From Octopus bimaculoides (lineage: Eukaryota), in contig NC_068987.1 in NCBI RefSeq assembly GCF_001194135.2, positions 8,248,345 through 8,312,058 on the forward strand: DNA of 63,714 nucleotides, given 5' to 3'. Below are positions 58,921-63,714 of this stretch, piece by piece. Each line of letters begins with the position of its first letter. The first letter of the stretch is position 1. The position numbers and the translations under genes were made by a program. The notes under the pieces were generated by a model, which was not told the origin of the DNA, made no database searches, and worked only from the letters and a program-made list of their open reading frames with translations.

Positions 58921-59454
58921 CATCATTGTGAATATTATTATTATTATTAATTAATTAATTAATTAATTAATGCTGTTATAACTCACCTATGTATGAGCTG
59001 TTACATGCATGCATGTATAGACACACATGGCAAGGGCTACTGTCAATCAAGGTAGACTATATATCCACACCTGTACATGTGAGCAAGGTCATCTTTTCTT
59101 TCTTCCTTTCTTTTTTCTTTCTTTCTTTAAAGAATGATCGTTGCCCTTACATGCAGACCTCCCCAACTCTACAGCACTGATTTTTGTCCAAGGAAAAATC
59201 CACTGCTTTAGGACAAATAAAGTTTGGTGCCAATGTTGTCACAAGCATTGTTGCCAATGGAAAGTTCCACAGACATACTGAATGGCGCCTGGTCCAGTTC
59301 TGCTAATCTCAAGCCCTGGTTTGGTGCTGCTTTTATCAACCATGCAGAAGAAAGAAAATGGCAAATGTTGACCTTGATGGGATTTGAACCCAAGACATCG
59401 AGAGTTGGAACAAATACCAGAAGGAACTTTGTCCAGTGCATTAACAGCACACAC

Positions 59455-59622
59455 ATCCAGCCCTTTTGCTGAACCGCTAAGTTACAGGGATATAAATACA
59501 TCAACATCAGTTGTCAATCGGTAATGGGGAGACACACACACACATATATATGTGTGTATGTGTGTGTGTATATATATATATATATATTACGAGGTTTTTA
59601 ACTTTTAAATTTGCATATTCTG

Positions 59623-59653
<31 letters not shown>

Positions 59654-59810
59654 GCAATGGGCTTCTTTCAGTTTCTATCTACCAAATTTACTCACAAGGT
59701 TTTGGTTGGCCCGGAGCTATAGTAGAAGACACCTGACTAAGGTGCCATGCAGTGGAACTGAACCCAGAGCTATGTGATTAAGAAGTAAGCTTCTTACCAA
59801 ACAGCCACAG
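59455..59810 (-). mobile_element. SINE family A
   Basis: cttttgctgaaccgctaagttac...gggcttctttcagtttc...aagcttcttaccaaacagccac. Confidence 0.85.
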
Positions 59811-59815
59811 ATGCG

Positions 59816-59884
<69 letters not shown>

Positions 59885-59904
59885 GCACACACACACGCAT
59901 ATAT

Positions 59905-60690
59905 ACAGGATGCGTAAGATATTTGAGGACATGTTTATGTTTATTAAAAAAAAACATATAATAACAGATAATATCTTTATTTATCAAAAAATGCTATGAG
60001 GATAAATATAAACCTTCTTTTCTGTAATGTTATTCAATAACGCCACCTTCAGCGCCTCAACAACTGCTTCTATACGAGATCTAAATCATCTACATGCTCG
60101 AATCAAGTGGTCCTGGTTCATTTTGGACAATACTCTGACTATGGCAGCTTTCAAAGAATCTTTGTGTTATAGGCTTGTTCATTGACCTCTCTCTCAACAA
60201 TGCTCTACATGTGATAGTCCAATGGATTGAGATCCGCGAAATTAGGAGGCCAAATGTTAGGGGTTATGTGATCATGAACATTTTCAGCCATCCATTCCTG
60301 TTATTGTGCAGAGTCTTACTGAAACACNNNNNNNNNNTCAGCCATCCATTCCTGTTATTGTGCAGAGTCTTACTGAAACACATATGGCCTTCCATTGCAT
60401 ACACTGCCTATCCAGGGCTTAACAGTTATTTCCAGAACCTCAATGTAGGTAGAAGAGTTAACGCTAAAGCCTTGTGGAAAGAAGTAAGGAGGCATCACAT
60501 GTCCTTCATTGGTGACAACCCTTAAAACCATGACAGTTGCAGGAAATTTTGTATGCATAACATTTGGAACATCAGAATGGTCTGGACAGCATAAACGTCT
60601 GTCATTTCTTCTGTTAACTTTTTGATCTTGGTCGAAGCTTTTTTCGTTTGAGAAAAACCAAATCAAATCTTCTGCTGGATTTTTCAGTTT
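59905..60690 (-). pseudogene. Decayed Tc1/mariner transposase, maT/DD37D-like (catalytic domain only)
   Basis: Minus translation WFFSNEKSFDQDQKVNRRNDR...HTKFPATVMVL.VV.NEGHVMPP.FF...VKPWI.SVCNGRPYVFQ*DSA...QEWMAEN...IWPPN..DLNPLDY...SRIEAVVEA.GGVIE*. Stops and a deletion are present. The DLNPLD ending indicates a DDxD family. Confidence 0.9.
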
Positions 60691-60699
60691 GTTTAAAAG

Positions 60700-60709
60700 N
60701 NNNNNNNNN

Positions 60710-60740
<31 letters not shown>

Positions 60741-61040
60741 CATACATATATGTATATACACACGCGCACACACACATATATGTATATACACACACGCACA
60801 CATATATACACATTTATATACACACACACACATGTATATACATATATGTATATATATACACACACACACACACATATATATGTATATATATATATACATA
60901 CATATATAGGTATATATGTGTGTGTGTATATATAGACATATATATGTATAGATGTGTGTATATATGTGTGTGTGTGTGTATATATACATATATATACATA
61001 TATGCATATATACACATACACACACACGTGTGTGTGTGTT

Positions 61041-61078
<38 letters not shown>

Positions 61079-61167
61079 TGCATATATACACATACACACA
61101 CACATGTGTGTGTGTTTGTATGTATATATATATATATATAGATACATACACACACATATATATATAT

Positions 61168-61206
<39 letters not shown>

Positions 61207-61215
61207 CACACATAA
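60700..61215. repeat. Complex (TA)/(CA)/(TG) mosaic microsatellite with internal ~85-bp duplication
   Basis: Directly visible; tatacatatatgcatatatacacatacacacacac.tgtgtgtgtgtttgt occurs twice. Confidence 0.95.
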
Positions 61216-61862
61216 TTATTTGTGTTTCTATCCCTTTGTATATATAGTTTAGAAAAAGTATTATAAACACAAACATAATGACTACGAAATAATTACATAG
61301 AATAAATTAGGAAGAAATGTTTTATCTCAGGAAGGAAGAAAAAAAGCAATCATTGATAAGTTACTTGAAGGTTTAAATGTTTTATTTTTGTATTTGTTTA
61401 TTCGTTTATTTTGGTTTTTGCTTTTAAGATTTACTAAATTAGGTTTTAATAGAATTAGTGTGTCTTCTTTCTTTGAACCACAAATTCTTTTACTACCAGG
61501 AAAATTAATATATTTGAATTCCCTCCATTATTAGCTCCAATATTTACTTTCCTTCTGTATTTTGTATGACACAGATTCGGTATAATCCTTAAAGGCATCA
61601 TTTTCTTTGACTAATCTTGGATGGAATTATATCTGGAACCATAGAAAACGGTTGCTTGATAAATCTTTTGCCAACATACTGGGTCTGTGTCTTCAGATCT
61701 CCAAACACTGTTTTCTTCTTTTCACTCTACTCATGACTATCAAAACACAATTACTGAATTCAAGGAAAATGCAGGGGGAGGGGGGGAGTTTGAGACATTT
61801 TTGGCACAGTTGTTTTGGTGCCATCTTTGATATTGTTGATTCAATGTTGGATTATTTGCAAA

Positions 61863-62415
61863 GGTGCACGGCTTCCGTGGTTAGGGTATTCGACTCATGA
61901 TCTTGACCCTTTTGATACCAACCCGGCTGAAACTGTCTCTGGTTCTGAGAACAGATGTCTTGTTTTCAAAAGTTCTGAATTAAAATCTTCCACCAAGCCT
62001 TAGTCACAATTTATGTTCCTAACACTAGCTTAATGATTACTAAGTTATTTTACTAAATTCTTTGTTATATTTGAAATTAATTGAAAGAAATACAGAGCAT
62101 CTCAAAATAAATACAGTAATGAAAGGGTTAAGGTCACAAGTTGGATACCCAGCAGTACATGTGTCCTTGAGCAAGACATTCTATTTCACTATATTTATGA
62201 GTTAACAAGTCCACTCAGCTGGCAAAAATAAGTAGTACCCATATTCCAAAGGGCCAGCTTTGTCTCATTCTGTGAAACTCTGAATCTCCCTATGAACTAC
62301 ATTAAGGGTATGCATGTTATTCTGTGGAGTGCTCAGCCACTTGCACATTAATTTCATGAGCAAGCTGTTCTGTTGATTGGATCAGCTGGAACCCTCATTG
62401 CCGTAACCACTGGAG
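61863..62415 (+). mobile_element. CORE-type SINE (E head, F tail) split by a P1 MITE
   Basis: Head gtggttagggtattcgactcatgatc at 61877-61902 continues at 62132; gtgtccttgagcaagaca and ccactcagctgg follow; tail caaagggccagc...ggaaccctc...ggagtgcca matches 13715-13885. Confidence 0.8.
61907..62127 (-). mobile_element. piggyBac-type MITE family P1
   Basis: Reverse complement of 3301-3523; TTGA at 61903-06 and TTAA at 62128-31. Confidence 0.82.
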
Positions 62416-63714
62416 TGCCAGTATTTGACATTAAGGTCTTTCTTTATCTTTTTCCTTCTCTCTATGTGTATATTTTTGCTTGTTATGTTTGTGTATGTTT
62501 GCCTCCAGTGCCAGAAAGTAATGTCACCAAAAACGGCATAATGTCCAATCAGCCAAACCAGATTGTCAGTGTCCAAACAGTTATGCCCAATCATATCATT
62601 TTGAAGTGGGGGGTGGGAAACGTTTATTCCGGCCAATATTGACATCCACCAGTACTTCATCTTCATTTTGATTTGTTATCTGCCTGAATCCTATTAAGTT
62701 TTCATGAAAAATGTATGATTCCATGGAACATCATCACAAATAAAAGCCTTTATTTTTAAAGTGGGAATCACAGAATGGCATTTTGAGTTCATTGTACAGG
62801 ATTCTGAGTTCAGTCAACCACGTGATTACATCTACTATTATAAGCCATCCCCATCACCATTCTGTGCCAAAGAGGGATCCTCTAAGTCAGGGATCCTCAA
62901 CCATTTTTATCTATGGACCCCTTTGAAGACTATTAATTTGTGTAGGTGTATTAATTTGTAACATTTTACAGTTTTGAAAGATTTAAAAGAGAATCGGATA
63001 TTCGCAGGTTGAAGTGTGTTTTTCTTAGGATGTCGGCAGTAACCATTTGCATAGCGTTTTGTAGTTTTGGTATATTTTAGGTTCCCTGGTATTTGACCAC
63101 AGTATTTTTAAGAGGGCCATTTAGTATTATCCCTGAAGCACCGACAATCATACAGTTCAGGGCCCTTCTATTTACTCAACCTTTCAAATGTTTTCACCGA
63201 AGTGTTGCAGTCTGATGGGATTAACATATATATGAGCCAAGCGTGTTTTGTCATTGTGATTTTTTATCACAATACCTGGTCTGTTTGCTTGTTGTTGTTG
63301 TTGTTGTTGTTGTCAATGAAGGTGACAATAGTAACAGCAGTATTAGCAAGAATAAAAGTAATAACTGAAGAACACCTGCAATATATACATAAGCACACAC
63401 ACACACACATGTATATATATATGTATATATATATATATACATACATACATGCCGATACTCTAATATTGAACAGTAAGAATGAATGTTCAACGCCACATTA
63501 GTGAATGAATATTCTTTATTTGCCGGTTGACATGGTTACCAGTGGTTTCATCTACAGGGATATCTCTCAACTGTTATCCAACTTGCCACATGAAGACAAG
63601 TGCTAACATTCTCTTTTGGCTAGCTTGATAATTGTTAAGAGATTTCTCGCCACATGAAACCATTGGTTGCCTTGTTAACTGATAAATATAGTATATATAT
63701 ATATATATATATAT

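Noticed and set aside
60284-60381. 44-bp direct duplication inside the transposase
   Set aside because: The two copies sit either side of a 10-N gap, the typical unmerged contig-overlap artefact.

Overview
Eukaryotic, AT-rich, gap-ridden draft-assembly DNA (many N blocks). It is almost certainly intronic or intergenic sequence from a coleoid cephalopod, most likely Octopus. That assignment rests on my recognition of tRNA-derived SINE families, (GAT)n/(AAT)n/(CAA)n tails and extreme microsatellite load, not on a database search. No complete or recognisable host protein-coding gene can be supported; the long ORF-track entries are artefacts of N-runs and microsatellites. Supported content: (i) dozens of SINE copies from at least six families, several with clean 14-16 bp target-site duplications (TSDs); (ii) three RTE-clade LINE remnants; (iii) a decayed maT/DD37D-type Tc1/mariner transposase; (iv) piggyBac-type (TTAA), hAT-type and foldback MITEs; (v) Penelope-type hammerhead-ribozyme motifs. 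Most interesting observations: a fully base-paired minimal hammerhead fold with a non-canonical core, CUGUUGAA (41588-41624); an RTE fragment with twin-priming 5' inversion geometry (33196-33650) and a SINE with the same geometry (19815-20163); an RTE reduced to 5' end plus 3' end (52532-52830); a SINE array with an exact 217-bp period; an element found only inside (AAT)n tracts; a GC-rich, pre-miRNA-like bistable hairpin (23267-23322); and minus-strand micro-exon candidates. SINE family letters (A-G) are my working labels. Repeat boundaries are approximate to roughly +/-10-20 bp unless a TSD is quoted.
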